Positions 15,061-27,758 of a stretch of DNA of 64,000 nt are shown piece after piece (positions within the stretch are counted from its first letter, which is position 1; every line of letters begins with the position of its first letter). Below the pieces are notes generated by a model. That model worked only from the letters and a program-made list of their open reading frames with translations. It did not search any database and was not told the DNA's origin. The position numbers were made by a program, and so were the translations under genes. The DNA is from Sarea resinae (Eukaryota). The stretch is from positions 496,001 to 560,000 of the forward strand of contig JAPEUD010000001.1 of assembly GCA_026026165.1 (NCBI GenBank), read 5' to 3'.

Positions 15061-16496
15061 CTATCCACCTAGATTGCTAGCCCGCAAATACCGAGCGAAA
15101 CTGTGTTCGTCCGCGACATCTTGGCCATCGTTGTTGCCCTGTTGGCGCTCGTCCAGTGCTTGTCTGTAACGTCGCGCGAGGCCCGCTTCATCGTCATCTC
15201 CTAGGGCGTCGGGATCATCGTCATTATCCGGATCAACGAGCCCCCCATCCTCGTCTTCGTCTTCGTCTTCAAGATCACTTATTGTCTCGGCCTCCTCCTT
15301 ATTACCTTTCCTGCCCTTCTCCCTTCCGCCAGATGACCCACCCTCAGAAGAAACATTCATATCTCTCAGTAGCCTTCCTAGCTCCTTTTCTCGTCTCGTC
15401 TCCTTCGCTTTTTCCTGCTCCTTCTGCCGTCTTTCAAGCTCGGGTTTGTAGTCGCGCTCAAACTCGGCAGCTTTCTCCCTCACGGCGGTGAAGAATTCGG
15501 GTACTCCAGCGCCAGTCATAGAACTGACGCCTACGACGCTAAGATGCGCGTAGAACTCCTCGAGCATGAGAGACATGCTGTTCAATAGCGAGCCCATGTA
15601 CCCTGATCCCCCGGCAGCGCCACCCGCCCCACCCTCAACCCCCCCAAAACTGTCGACCTCCTCTTCTCTCCGGAGAGCGGCTTGAAAGGCCTCGAAGTCT
15701 GTCATCCATTCGTGCGCGAACTCGGCGTCCTGGACGTCGGTCTTGTTGAAGACTAGGATCATAGGTAGTTTGGTCTTGTACAAAATGCTGCACGCGTAGA
15801 GCATGTTGCTCATGAATGTCGCGGTCGAGGTGGTACGCGGCGTGTCTATTATGTAGGCTAGGACGGTTGGGAAGGAGGTTGCGAGGGAGGAAAGGAGAAT
15901 GCTGCCGCTTGCAGACCAGACAAAGACTTCAATCTGGCCGGGCGTGTCGATGAGGATGTTTTTGATTTGCGGTTGTGATGAAGGATCTGGCGAAGTGGCT
16001 GTTTGCGGAGGGTTGGTTTGGGTGGTGGGTGTGGGGTTCTGGGGGAGTGTGCGCTTCTCGAGGAGGGCGAGAATCTGGTCGATTTTGGTCGCGAAAAGAT
16101 TTAGGGATGTGAGGATGCCGCCATTGGGGCCGAGGTTGTACCTGTCATAAAATTATCAGATGAGCATCTTTTCTCATTGCTCGAGGCTTCAATCTGCCGA
16201 GATCCTGTTGGAGAACGAGAGGCTCACTGCTTCATAACCTCTTTATAATTGACCGAGTCACGGATGTCGATATTGCTGTCGAACGGCACGCTGCGTACTG
16301 CGGGATCTAGATTGATGACATAGGGAGGCTCGTGCTGAGAGTGAAGGTAAGAGTTGATTCGCTGCATGAAGGTAGTCTTGCCCGAGCCTAGACAGTGAAT
16401 ACACTACAGTCAGTGCTGTATTCGGACGAGTCGGATCTGGTAGGGAGACATACCGGCCATGCCGACGCAGACGATCGCTACGGGCGAGTTCGCCAT
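15061..16496 (-). CDS. NPA3: GPN-loop GTPase 1; multi-exon
   Basis: [69 protein letters not shown]; acidic C-terminal tail typical of GPN1. Confidence 0.95.
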
Positions 16497-16741
16497 GATG
16501 TCGTGGTTGAGGAAAAGGATCTGAGAGAGCTGAGGGGTGGTGGCGTCGTGAGTAGGATTTTCGATGCGGTTGCGCGCGCGATGGAGAAATTTGGCGGGGA
16601 GCTTTCCGCTGGTGATGTCAAATCTCAAAGTTCAAGTCGGTTCCTTCGCTTGTGCATACTGGGTACAGCTCGGCCAAAACACCAGAGACCTCGATTCAAT
16701 ACCAACCCAGAGCCGATAACGAGAATCAAGAATCGGTCGAT

Positions 16742-19037
16742 ATGACTCTAGAAGACTTCGAGAAGTCTCTAGGGGAGAGTAAAGCGGCTGAGAGCAAAGG
16801 TGGCGGCGAGGAGGACGAAGAAAGCCGCAGGCATAGACACCACCATCCTCACCACGGCCATCGATCATCGAAGCACCGACATTCACCACGGGATCGCAGA
16901 GACAGTGACCGACATCGGCACAAACGGTCGCGGCATTCTGATGAGGAGGAGAGGGATGTCAGCGACAGGCACAAACGAAGGCACAGACACTCCGCGATTG
17001 GGGACCAGTCTGTTGCCGCGGAAGAAGAGGATGAGGATGAATGGGTGGAAAAGGATCCTTCGCTGGCAATACCGACAGACGAGGTCAATGATAGACTCCA
17101 GGATGATGCAGACCCAAATCTAAAGCGAGACTCGTGGATGGAAGCGCCCTCGGCTTTGGACATCGACTACACACAACGAGGCGTCAAGAAGGTGTCCGGA
17201 TCAACAGTAGCACAGTCTGCGATTCCAAACTTCGAGCTGAAGATCCACAAAAACGAGCTGAATCACCATCTGCGGGACTTGGCCGAGGGCCAAAGCATAG
17301 ATGCCATTAGCGACGAACCAGCACAGCACGAGGTCAACTACACGTTTGGCGACTCGGGCGCACAATGGCGCATGACGAAGCTCAAAGGTGTATATACGCA
17401 GGCCGAGGAGACGGGAAGGCCAGTAGATGATATTGCGCTCGAGAGGTTTGGCGACCTGCGCGCATTTGACGATGCGCGGGAAGAGCAGACCGAGCTGGAG
17501 CGGCGCGATACTTACGGCAAGGATTACGTAGGGAAGGAGAAGCCGAGCGGAGAGTTATTTCAAGAGCGGAAGATGCGATTAGGGATTCGAAGGGAGTCAA
17601 AGCCTGAATACGAAACTCATGAGGAGGAGCAATTGCCTCAGGGGCAGGTTATGGAGACTGAGCCGGCCCCTGCCCAGACTGTTCAGCTCGATCAGACTGC
17701 GCTCAATCGCCTCAAGGCCCAGATGATGAAAGCGAAGCTACGAGGCTCGTCCGATGCACAGAAACTCGAGGCTGAGTACAACAATGCCATGTCGGCGGCT
17801 GCCAATCGCGTCGAGCCAGAGGTGGTTGTCCTGGGGGCAATGGAAAATCGCATGCTGGCTGGTGGACGCAAGGGCGAAGTCAAAGCCGTGGAGAATAAAC
17901 GGGGGAGAGAGCGAGGTACGGTGGAGGAGAATGAGGATATGAGCATCGAAGACATGGTCAGAGAGGAAAGACGAACACGAGGGCAGGCAGGAGGTGATGG
18001 ACGGCGATTCGCGGAACGCATTGCCAAAGACGGCAAATTCGACGTACGTTGGCTCTTTCATCCATATCGTTCGTCTTTTATTGACTTTTCTTCGCAGAAT
18101 GACCTTGACTACATGGACGACAACGCTGCGAAGCTAGCCAAACGGGTCCAGAAGTCGGAGATCAATCTGAAGAACACAGCCATCTCCGACTTCCAGAAGA
18201 TGAATCGCATCCTCGACAACTGCCCGCTCTGCCATCGCGAAGACACCGACACTCCTCCCGCAGCTCCTATAGTATCTCTTGCAACCAGAGTCTATCTCAC
18301 TCTACCTACGGAGCCCGAGATTGGCGACGGAGGCGCATGCATAGTGCCGATCCAGCACCGAGGCAACCTCCTCGAATGCGATGACGACGAGTGGGAAGAA
18401 ATCCGCGTACGTCCCCTATCGTTCCCATCATCCCAACAACACATGAAACCCTCCCCCCCCCGCCCCACCCCCCGCCCCAATCAAACCAAACTAACCGAGC
18501 GAACCTTGCTTCTAGAACTTCATGAAATGCCTGACGCGCATGTACACGGCCCAGGGGCGCGCCGTCCTCTTCTATGAAAACGCCGCGCAGCCGCACCGGC
18601 GCCAGCACGCCCTCATGGCCGCGGTGCCGCTGCCCTACAGCCTGGGCGAGACGGCGCCGGCCTTCTTCAAGGAAGCCATCCTCGCCTCGGACGAAGAGTG
18701 GACGCAGCACAAGAAGCTCATCGACACGCTGGCGCGCGCGCGCGGCGACGCCGGGCTTGGCAAGCTCGCCTTCCGCCGCTCCCTCGTCAAGGAGATGCCG
18801 TATTTCCACGTCTGGTTCGCCCTCGATGGCGGCCTGGGCCATGTCGTCGAGGACGCGAATCGCTGGCCCAAGGGCGATCTGTTTGCGCGCGAGGTGCTGG
18901 GCGGCATGTTGGACGTCGGGCCCGAGGTCGTCAAGCGGCAGGGCCGGTGGACTCGGGGCGCTGATGCGAGGAGGGTCGAGGCGTTTCGCACGCGGTGGGC
19001 CAAGTTCGATTGGACCAAGGTGCTTACGGAGGGTTGA
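16742..19037 (+). CDS. cwf19: Pre-mRNA splicing factor Cwf19 (CWF19L2-like, CwfJ C-terminal domains); 3 exons
   Basis: YTFGDSGAQWRMTKLK, EDMSIEDMVREERRT, LDNCPLCH, CIVPIQHRGNLLECDDDEWEEIR|NFMKCL, APAFFKEAILASDEEWTQHKKLIDT, MPYFHVWF. Confidence 0.92.
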
Positions 19038-20663
19038 AGTTGTCTTTTTGATACATCTCTCGTCGCACCTCTGTCCAATGAGTGAGGCGACTTTGTTGGA
19101 GTCAAGCGTCCGAGGTGCGGGCCGTGAATTCTCTCTCTCGGCGTCTCCCTCCCAGTGTCTTCCCTCTTTATCCTGCCGTACACTCCATGCAACAAGCAGG
19201 CAGACAAGCAAGCTCTGACTGCGAGCCATAGTATCCCGATCAATCTCTACGACCCACCTGCATGCATGCCTGCCTCATAGCACATCATCCAAACAAACGC
19301 AAATTTATACCAAACGAATCAAGACCCTGTCGGCTATTCTACTCTCTGTCTCCAGTCTTCAGTCTTGTCACATCTCGAGGATAGGTACGTAGATGGCCAA
19401 GAAGAGCTTTCTAGGTCATTATACATAGCCAAGGAGAGGTTTGAAGCCGTGGGATATCGTCGAAGGAAAAAGTGATTGATATTTAATATGTAGTTCGGTA
19501 TATTCTTGCAGTTTGAATATTTTCGTAGATTACTTCGAGGACGATATGATAATACAACACCCTCATATAGCTCAAGCCAGGAGCAGAAAGACCCGAAAGG
19601 AACAGCATAAGTAGGTAGAGGTAAATTGATAACCCAGAGTCTCGAAGCACTGAGAGTATTGTAGCAGTGACGAAACAGGATATAGGCTACCTATTTCACC
19701 AGACTTTTTGCATGAAGAGAGCCAAGAAAAGAAAAGAACCCCCTAGCACGAACCACACGAAGACAAAAACAACAAGAAAAAGATGCACGGAAGAGTGTGG
19801 GACACCACGATGATAAGGTCTTTAATTGCATTGGGAAGTTTTGCGAATCGGGGACACATTCATGGCCTCCATGGATGCAACCAGGCTTGAAGTACGTGGG
19901 GGAAGGGAAGTCGAGAGATAGCCTGCCTACCTTGAATAGGTAGGTACAGGTAGATTACGCACTCGAGCCCGTACGTAGATTGGCAGCTGGAGCTGGAGGT
20001 GAGCACGAAAGCCACGGAACTCCATACATACAGGTACAGGAGCTGTCTGGGCCCGAGAGGCCGTGTGCCGGCCGCTCTCATCTCCGCGCCTTGCGTAGAT
20101 GGCTACTCCGCAGTAGATAGATTGCTGGATCGGGCTGTCAATAAGCTACCTACCTAGACAACGAGATGACCCCCAAGGCTCCAACCAATCTCACCGCAAG
20201 TACTGTACTTCGAGGAGTGGGGGATGCTGGGTCTGGAATGATTGAGGCTTGCAAGTTTGAGCTGCTGCTGCTGCTGCTGCGACGACCAGTAGCGAACGGT
20301 CAGGCTCGCAGAGCAGAGATGAATGACGGCAAAAGTAGACACCAGAGACACGTCGGCCATTACCACCCGAGTACGTAGCTACGAGTACGGAGTATACTTG
20401 GCAGTACGGAGTAGACCTGACGCAGCGAGGGGCCACAGAGGGAGAGGGAGAGGGAGAGGGACAGAGGAAAAGGGATCGTGGCGATCGTGATGATCGCCAC
20501 ACGATCTCTACCTGTCGGATCTTGGGAGCCGGGCGCGGTACTCTACTGGGCTACGGCGTCGACGACGGTATCACCGAGGGAGGGTGCTGTGTCAGCAGCG
20601 GATCGTCACGGTGACGGCGGATTAGATAATTCGCGCAATGGGACAGTCACCCAGAGACGGACG

Positions 20664-20691
20664 GAGTAGAGTACTCCGGAGTAATCTACTC
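20664..20691. repeat. 28-bp near-perfect palindrome GAGTAGAGTACTCCGGAGTAATCTACTC
   Basis: Equals its own reverse complement except one pair (20671/20684); core TACTCCGGAGTA is a perfect 12-bp palindrome. Confidence 0.85.
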
Positions 20692-23600
20692 TAGCAGTAT
20701 CTCGTCGCCATGACATGACCCTGGACGGTGCGGGTGGTGGGCCGAGAGGGCAGACGCGTGGCATCAGCGAGGGAAACCCCCTGGCGACAAGGACAAGGAA
20801 GAGGAAGAGGAAGAGTTGGCCGAACATGGATATGGGGTGCAGCTTGGCCAGGGCGCAGGGGACCAGAAGTGAAGCTATCTCGACGACCCTGCATGAGATC
20901 GCCTTGGGGTCGATCAGGCCATGGACGAGCATACGGAGTACTCCAAGGTACCTTACCATAACTACGATGTATGAGCACACAGTACTGCGTACTCCGTGAC
21001 CGTACGGTACCTCGTAGGTAATTCCCGTACCTAGGCACTCCGAGTGGTCATGTCGAGTATTCGTCACCGCTCACCGCAGACTCCTTTCTGGTCCTCGCTC
21101 CTGAATGCCTACAAAAGCTCGACAGCCCTACTCGGTCCTACGACAGCATTCAGGTAGCACGCAGTCGACTCGCCGTAAGAGCTGGCGGGGTCCTCGACGG
21201 TGGCTCGAATTCCTCTATCGTTCTGGCAGTATGGCCGAATCCATGGGCCATTGCCCCCTCCTCCAGACGTACCTGGTCACTGGCATTGGGGCTGGCGAGT
21301 CCTGGCCTGCGTCTGGACTCTACTTCAGTAGGGTTGGATTCCAGCCTGCGATCGAGAATCTCGGTCGCGATCGGACTTTTGCATCCCCCAAGCCTCTCCT
21401 GGTACCACCCAAGTACCTCCATACATAGTGCAGGGGGGAAGCCACCAGCATCTGCCTTGAGAGGTACTACTGTACTAAGTGCAGATGCAGGGCGCCGGCG
21501 CTGCGAGTGGGCTCCCCTCAGGGCCAAAGGGGCCCGCCCGGCCTACTTCATACCATGTAGGAGCAGGGGTCTCGTCAAAATGATCCAGATCGAGCATTTC
21601 AACCGCGATCGCATTTCTGCACCTTCGCTTGCACGCAAGGGCTCCCTTCATTCCGTACTCGACTCCGCCGAGCGCCCGAGGAACGCCTGCTCCTCGTCTG
21701 GCGCTCATGTACTCTGTAGCGAAAAGGTCGCGACCCTGAAAGTGGCTCAACTGATGCCACTGCACCGGCGGGCGCCAACGATAGTCTCTCTGTACGGAGT
21801 TGCCTGAGCCGTCAAAGGCAGTTTCAAGGCACGTCGTGAGAGGTTCCTGGTATCTATCTGGGGATCCTGGTCTTGCGGAAAAGAAGACAAGAAGAAGATT
21901 CAGATGAGTAAGAAATTGGGCATTCCACTCGGCCTTGGTCTCGCTGTGCATCGATGATTCACCTATCTGGTCGTGACGTCCTCGTACCGTCGACGAAGAC
22001 CCTGAAGCACAACCGAAGCAACCCCAATTTGACGGAGACTGGACCCGGCACGACCGCTAGGGCACGATGACAGGCTTCCGTCTCCCAACGCCCGGCCCTC
22101 GGCCCACCTCAGCCTTTCAAGGTCTCTCTATGCTGAGGCGGCCGACGCAGCCGTTGGCTCTCGGGACTGGGGAAAGGACAGAGGATACTTGGTTGGATCG
22201 GGACCGCTGAGTCTGCCTCTGGTACCGCTTGGGCTGGCGGTACGCGGGAACAAGATAAGGTACGACATAGCCGGTACCGTGATCCCAACTTGGCCCCAGA
22301 CGTGACTTTGATCCAAGTGAGAGTACTTTCGAGGCAGGGCAGCTTATCTCCGAGGTACATATGACGGGCCAATCGACACTTCCAATCCTACGGCGGCCCA
22401 AGTACCTTTCGGCAGAGGAGACCCTTCATGCAGGGCTGGGATGATCGCAAAGGGAATAGAGGGATTATGTTGACGCTGATGACTCTTTGCACTCGTCATC
22501 CGCAAGGATCCCATTGGAGATGAGGTAGGGTCAGGCAGCACACTTTTCCTCTTGTAGGCCTCGGGAGGGCTCCATCGTATCTCTTTAGTATCAACTTGCT
22601 TGGTCGTGAAAGTCGATGGCAACGAGTGGGTCGAAGATGAAGGGGACAAAAAGAAAAAGAAAAGGAAAGGAACACGGAAGAAAACAGAAGCAAAGATCTC
22701 CACTTGTGTGTGTCATGTACGACGTTCGTTGATTACATTGGATGAGGGGGCTTCCCCTTCCAGGTCTCGACCGCTTCGCAGATCAAGATATGATCCTTTT
22801 CCGTCGGCTGGGCCGTCTCTACTCAAAGTTACTCGGGACAATCGCCATCGTCAGCAGCTCATCTTCTCTCTGCTGCGCATGTTCCCTCGCAATCCCACCG
22901 CCGGCCATAAGCCCGGACGATGGGAGATGAAAAGAAGCGTACTCTGTACTCTACTCTCCTCCGGAGTACTCCAATTTCGATTACAGCGGCCACCATGTCC
23001 GTTCGTTCGTCGAGCCCTTGATGCGAGGTACTTCGTCCTTGGTACTCTCTAGGGAGCTTTCCTAGAGTGTTAGTGGTCGTGTTAGACCCTGGACGAGGGG
23101 ACATTCAAGGTAGGGGAAAGTACGGAGTTCGCGGGAGGATTAGCAAGCAAGCAGTCACAATACATACAGGGTGGACGGGATCCGAAGGGTCCAAGGACCT
23201 ACTCTAGTACAGACTCGTCGAGGTCGCTGGACTTGCTAGTGGCTGGTCAAGGCGGTCCCGGACCTCCGTGCTCATCGTCGACATTGGTGCTGCAGCTCCC
23301 AGGGCCCTGCGCCTGAACCCCGACGGGGCTAACGAGTCGCGATGCAGATTGGGAGGGCCAAGCCCATCGGATTGGGACATGGGTGGGACGGAAAGTGGAC
23401 GGAAAGCGATGGAAATCCCACATTGCCATGCCCTCCATTACTAAGTCGAGCGAGTGCTGAGGTTCTGTAGCAGTACCTGGTACGTGGAGCCGATCGATTA
23501 GACTTCGACCATCTGCACCTGTCCGTAAGCTCTATCGCTCTCTAGGTGCCATAGTTTGGTGATGTTCAAAACCACGTCCGCCATCATTCCGACCCTCTTC

Positions 23601-24557
23601 CTCTCTTGACCCGTAGAGTCGTCGAGGGTTGGGGACGTGATCGTGATGCGAGTCGATGCGGCGACGAGGCGAGAGGTTGTTCGGGGATCCGGAAGCTTCT
23701 CCTCCACCACCAATGCCAAACCCTATCGATCTGGACATGGTTTGGGCCCGCACCGGAGACGGTCTAGTGTGGCCTTCCAACGTGGCCTGTGGCTCACCCG
23801 CCGTTTCCGGAATCGTAGATGCAGCCATGATCCATCCGTGATCCATCGTCCAACCTTCAATTCGAGCGGGGCTGATGGCCCTCGCTGATGGCCCTCGCTC
23901 TGCTCTCCTCTCCTCTCGCGTTCTTTTCCCTTCGTGCCCTTCCTGGGCCCTCGGAAATATGGGGGCGACAGAGCCATAGCGTCCGACGAGGGGCCTGGCC
24001 GTCTGGCCACGGTGCGTCCGTGGATGATGCACTCGGTGGCTTCGACTTAGCAGCGTTTAGTATGACATTAGTTGCGAAAGGTGGTGAAGAGGTTGCGCAG
24101 GATGCTCAGGGACCCCCCTCCTTCCCCCTCCCCGAGGCAGCCGATGAGGGCGGGTACTTCAGTGCGGTGCAGTACCTCAGGTCGTCGGTTCGGGCTAGGT
24201 CGACGGCGGTACCGGTACCTTGCGCCCGTGGCTGCGAGCATGAACTGCCATATAGTCAGAGTACCTGATCCTGCTCGGCGCTCTACCGCGCACTACCCAA
24301 TTGCTCTAGTACCGCCTTTGGTCATAATTACATCTCGTCGGACCTCTCTCTGGTCGCCGTGTGCTCATCCCCGGCCTGGCACCGGAATCCTCAAAATCCA
24401 TCGTGCCCTCGTCGCATCTGCTATTTCCACTCGTGCCAGTCGCCACTCTTCTCTCCCCAACAATCCCATCCCTCGAACGCAGAAGCATCGTCGACTCCTC
24501 TTCGTCTTCTTCCTCCATCACCAGCCCATCCACGCTCCGTCCTCGACCCGTCGTTGA

Positions 24558-24617
24558 ATGGCCACGTCGTCAGAGCTGTCGCGCAAAGTCCCCACCACGA
24601 ACCTGAGCTTCGTCTGA
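24558..24617 (+). promoter_or_regulatory. Candidate uORF (MATSSELSRKVPTTNLSFV*) upstream of the C2H2 gene
   Basis: ATG 24558 to TGA 24615-24617, same frame as the main ORF, ending 12 nt before ATG 24630. Confidence 0.4.
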
Positions 24618-24629
24618 GATCAATCTTGT

Positions 24630-25676
24630 ATGCAGCTCTCCTCGTGCAACGGCATGGAAGGAGTCAACGCCTCGGGTCGCAGAATATCGCTCTTGAACGA
24701 CGAGCCGATGCGCTTGCACAATCACTCTCGCACCTCGAGTTTCACGACGCAAATGTCGCCATCTCCGACAAGCTATTCACTTGACGCCCCTCGACTGCTG
24801 CGGCCCGATTCGGCCTCGTCGATAGAGACCACCTCGCCCGTGACGCCCTCGTACGGCATCCCGCAGCTTCAATCGCGGTCCGGAAGTCTCTCTTCGCCCC
24901 AGCTATCCTATAGCACCGCCTACGGCAGCAGCATGAACGGCTTCCCCGACTCTACCGAGTACCCTTATTACAATCACCTCAAGGCTTATGAGACGACCGG
25001 CTACCCCGAACCTCCCCAGCCGCCGTCAGGCTTCCTTCGATCTCCCCCGAAATCAAGCGCCACCTTGCAAAGCGCATCGTCCAAGATCACCAAGAAGAAC
25101 TCATACCCCTGCCCGTACAAGAAGAGCCTCGGCTGCCTCGACACCTTTACGACCTCGGGCCATGCCGCGCGCCACGGAAAGAAGCACACGGGCGAGAAGA
25201 ACGTCCTCTGTCCCATCTGCAACAAAGCTTTCACGCGAAAAGACAACATGAAGCAGCATCAACGCACGCACGAACTCGGTCGCGGCTCATCGGCCAGTCC
25301 AGCAGGCACGACTCCTGCATCGAATGCGACCAAGTCCGGAGTCGAGCCGCGAGCTTCTCGCCGAGCCAAGCATCATCCCGAGCTTCTGTCCAAATCCTCG
25401 CGGCCGCAGCGAGCAAGACCAGCCGCGGCGTCCCTTCAGACGCCCCCAACGCCATCGATGGGGTACGATTCTAGTCCGGAGATGCACTCGCGGTCAAACT
25501 CCGGATCTTGGTTTGCCCACGAATCGCGCGACCGGGAGCAGGATCGGAACAATATCTTCTTCAGCGGCGGCCTTGGCTCGCTGCAGGCGCTGGACACATT
25601 AGCCATGGCGGCAAGTGAGCTCAATTTCGAGTCGGCCACGGCCGCGCCGCCACAGCCCTATCGACTGCAGGCATAA
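24630..25676 (+). CDS. C2H2 zinc-finger transcription factor (two fingers, Nrg1-like FTTSGH motif); start may be ATG 24654
   Basis: YPCPYKKSLGCLDTFTTSGHAARHGKKH-TGEK-NVLCPICNKAFTRKDNMKQHQRTH; S/P-rich flanks; C-terminal LDTLAMAA; intronless. Confidence 0.92.
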   Translation: MQLSSCNGMEGVNASGRRISLLNDEPMRLHNHSRTSSFTTQMSPSPTSYSLDAPRLLRPDSASSIETTSPVTPSYGIPQLQSRSGSLSSPQLSYSTAYGSSMNGFPDSTEYPYYNHLKAYETTGYPEPPQPPSGFLRSPPKSSATLQSASSKITKKNSYPCPYKKSLGCLDTFTTSGHAARHGKKHTGEKNVLCPICNKAFTRKDNMKQHQRTHELGRGSSASPAGTTPASNATKSGVEPRASRRAKHHPELLSKSSRPQRARPAAASLQTPPTPSMGYDSSPEMHSRSNSGSWFAHESRDREQDRNNIFFSGGLGSLQALDTLAMAASELNFESATAAPPQPYRLQA

Positions 25677-25919
25677 ACACAACCCTACTCTTCTGGGCGA
25701 AGGGTTTTTTTCTTCGGTCGCTGTTTCGGATGTACTTGTTTCTTCTGGGGAGTCGAGTCGATTCTAAAGGGTTTCCCGGATGGTGTTTCCTGTCTTTTCT
25801 GGATCTGGTTTGGGGTTTGGGAATCGGCTGGAATACGGCCTGGGGGAAAAGAGACGATCGGGCTCATGATCACGGGGACGGGGCTATATACACGGATCGG
25901 GGGTTCTCCATCCCACAGG

Positions 25920-27300
25920 GCAAAAGGGATTTGGGATTTGGGATTTGGGATGGGTTGTAACGGATGGGGTAACGGCGTTTTCTAAACGGGTGGCTTTTTC
26001 TCTCGTCTTTCTCTCCTTGTTTATTCTCGAGACCTACCACCCATTACACCACACCACACCACAACACACCACTCTACTCTGAGGAAGGGTTTCGGGGGGA
26101 AAGGATTCCACCATACACACAACCTTCTCTCTCTCTCTCTCTCTTGCTTATACATTAGTACACCTACGTACATAAAAACCGTCCAATCCAATCCAATCCA
26201 ATATAATCATATACACGACCGACCTACCCCACGCATCTTGAAATCACAAAATCTGCAATTCCCCATATCCCATATACCCCATCCATCCATCCATCCGTCC
26301 GTCCGTCCCAGCACAATGTAGCAAGTAAGCCCAGGACCAGCAAGCAAGGAAACCCCAACCCTCCCGTCCCTGGAGCATTCTCTCACGCCATCAACGCATG
26401 AGAACACTCTACGACGACGACAATGGACAGCAATGTCACGATCGGGGCTTTCAGTCGTCGTTTTGAATGTCTTGTGCTTTGGTTTTGGGGTTTGCATTTG
26501 GTTTTCGTTTTCGTTCTAGTTTTGGTTTTAGGACAGCGGGACAGCGGGACAGCGGGACAGCGGGACAGTGGGGTGGGTGTGGGTGTGGGTGGGGGTGCTG
26601 TATCTTCTCTCTATCTTCATCTCCTTCGCCATTGCCATCGTCATCGCCATCGTCATCGTCATTTTCACGCAGTGACGATGACATTGGAAGGTAAGGGCAA
26701 GGGAAAAGAAGGCAGGGCAGGGCAAGACAAGGGAAACAACAAAGTCTGCTAAACCGCACAAAGAAAAACAATGAGCTAATCCACCCATCACCATCTCCAT
26801 CTCCATCTCCATCTCTATCACCATCTAGCTACCTAGGTATATATAGACAGACCGACAGACCGACAGACCGACAGACCGACAGATAAACAGATAGACAGAT
26901 AGACAGATAGACAGATAGACAGATAGACAGATAAATAGATAGACGCATGCATATATAGGTAAGGTAGGTAGGTAGGTAGGTATAGTAACATGGATCAATA
27001 CATCTATAGACCGCATATCTTTTAGCGCACCTACCCTACCCTACCCTACCTTACCTAGATCAGACTACACTATCAAGTAGATCGTAATCGGGGTGGCAAG
27101 ATTGAAACTAAAAAATTGAAAATATTTTGGTGTGGGGGGGAATTCTGGGACTCAGGCGAAGGCGAAGTTGATAGGAGATAGGAGATAGGAGATGGGAGAA
27201 TGGAGAAGGGATGGTATGGTAGGTATGGTAGGGAAGAGTGAGGGGGGGAGGAGGGGGGGAGGGAGAGGTAAAGAGGTAGAGAGACAGAGAGAGAGAGATG
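25920..27300. repeat. Microsatellite/minisatellite island
   Basis: Consecutive arrays of GGGATTT, CACAC, CT, TCCAA, CCAT, GGACAGCGG, CGTCAT, CCATCT, GACCGACA, AGATAGAC, GGTA, CCTAC units. Confidence 0.9.
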
Positions 27301-27758
27301 CGTCACATGTTACATGCTACACAGCATAACGTTTCATTCAGAATTGTCTCTGATATAGCCGAATCAGTGAGGTTAGGTAAATCAAGGAGAGGAGACTGGA
27401 TGAAGCAACCAGACAACGGATCCATAGGCCGGAAATGCAAGAACCATGTTTTTTCACTGACGGAGAGAGAGAGCAAGAATTGAATTAGAGAATAGTATAA
27501 AGTAGCATGAGGCCATGCAGATGTAGGGTAATAGCAGAGTATAACACCAGACCATCATTTCAGACGAACATGCCATCCCATCCTACCCCTTTTCTTTCAG
27601 TGACAGAGAATAGGTGTTGAAGTAGAGATAATAACACATCGCCATGTGCACGTCGATAATAGCAGAGTATAACACAAGATCGTTATTGCAAGTGAACATC
27701 CTATCCTGCCCATCAACAACCCTTGAGAAAAGCCATCTACAGCCCTTGAGACAAGCCC

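Noticed and set aside
18306..19243. Long overlapping and antisense ORFs over the CWF19 last exon
   Set aside because: Shadow ORFs caused by very high GC3; no recognisable motifs.
19860..24550. Many short ORFs or a transposon in the long intergenic region
   Set aside because: No transposase, RT or integrase motifs, terminal repeats or coherent exon chain seen.
26530..26950. CRISPR-like or telomeric arrays
   Set aside because: Head-to-tail short units without spacers; no TTAGGG array; eukaryotic context.
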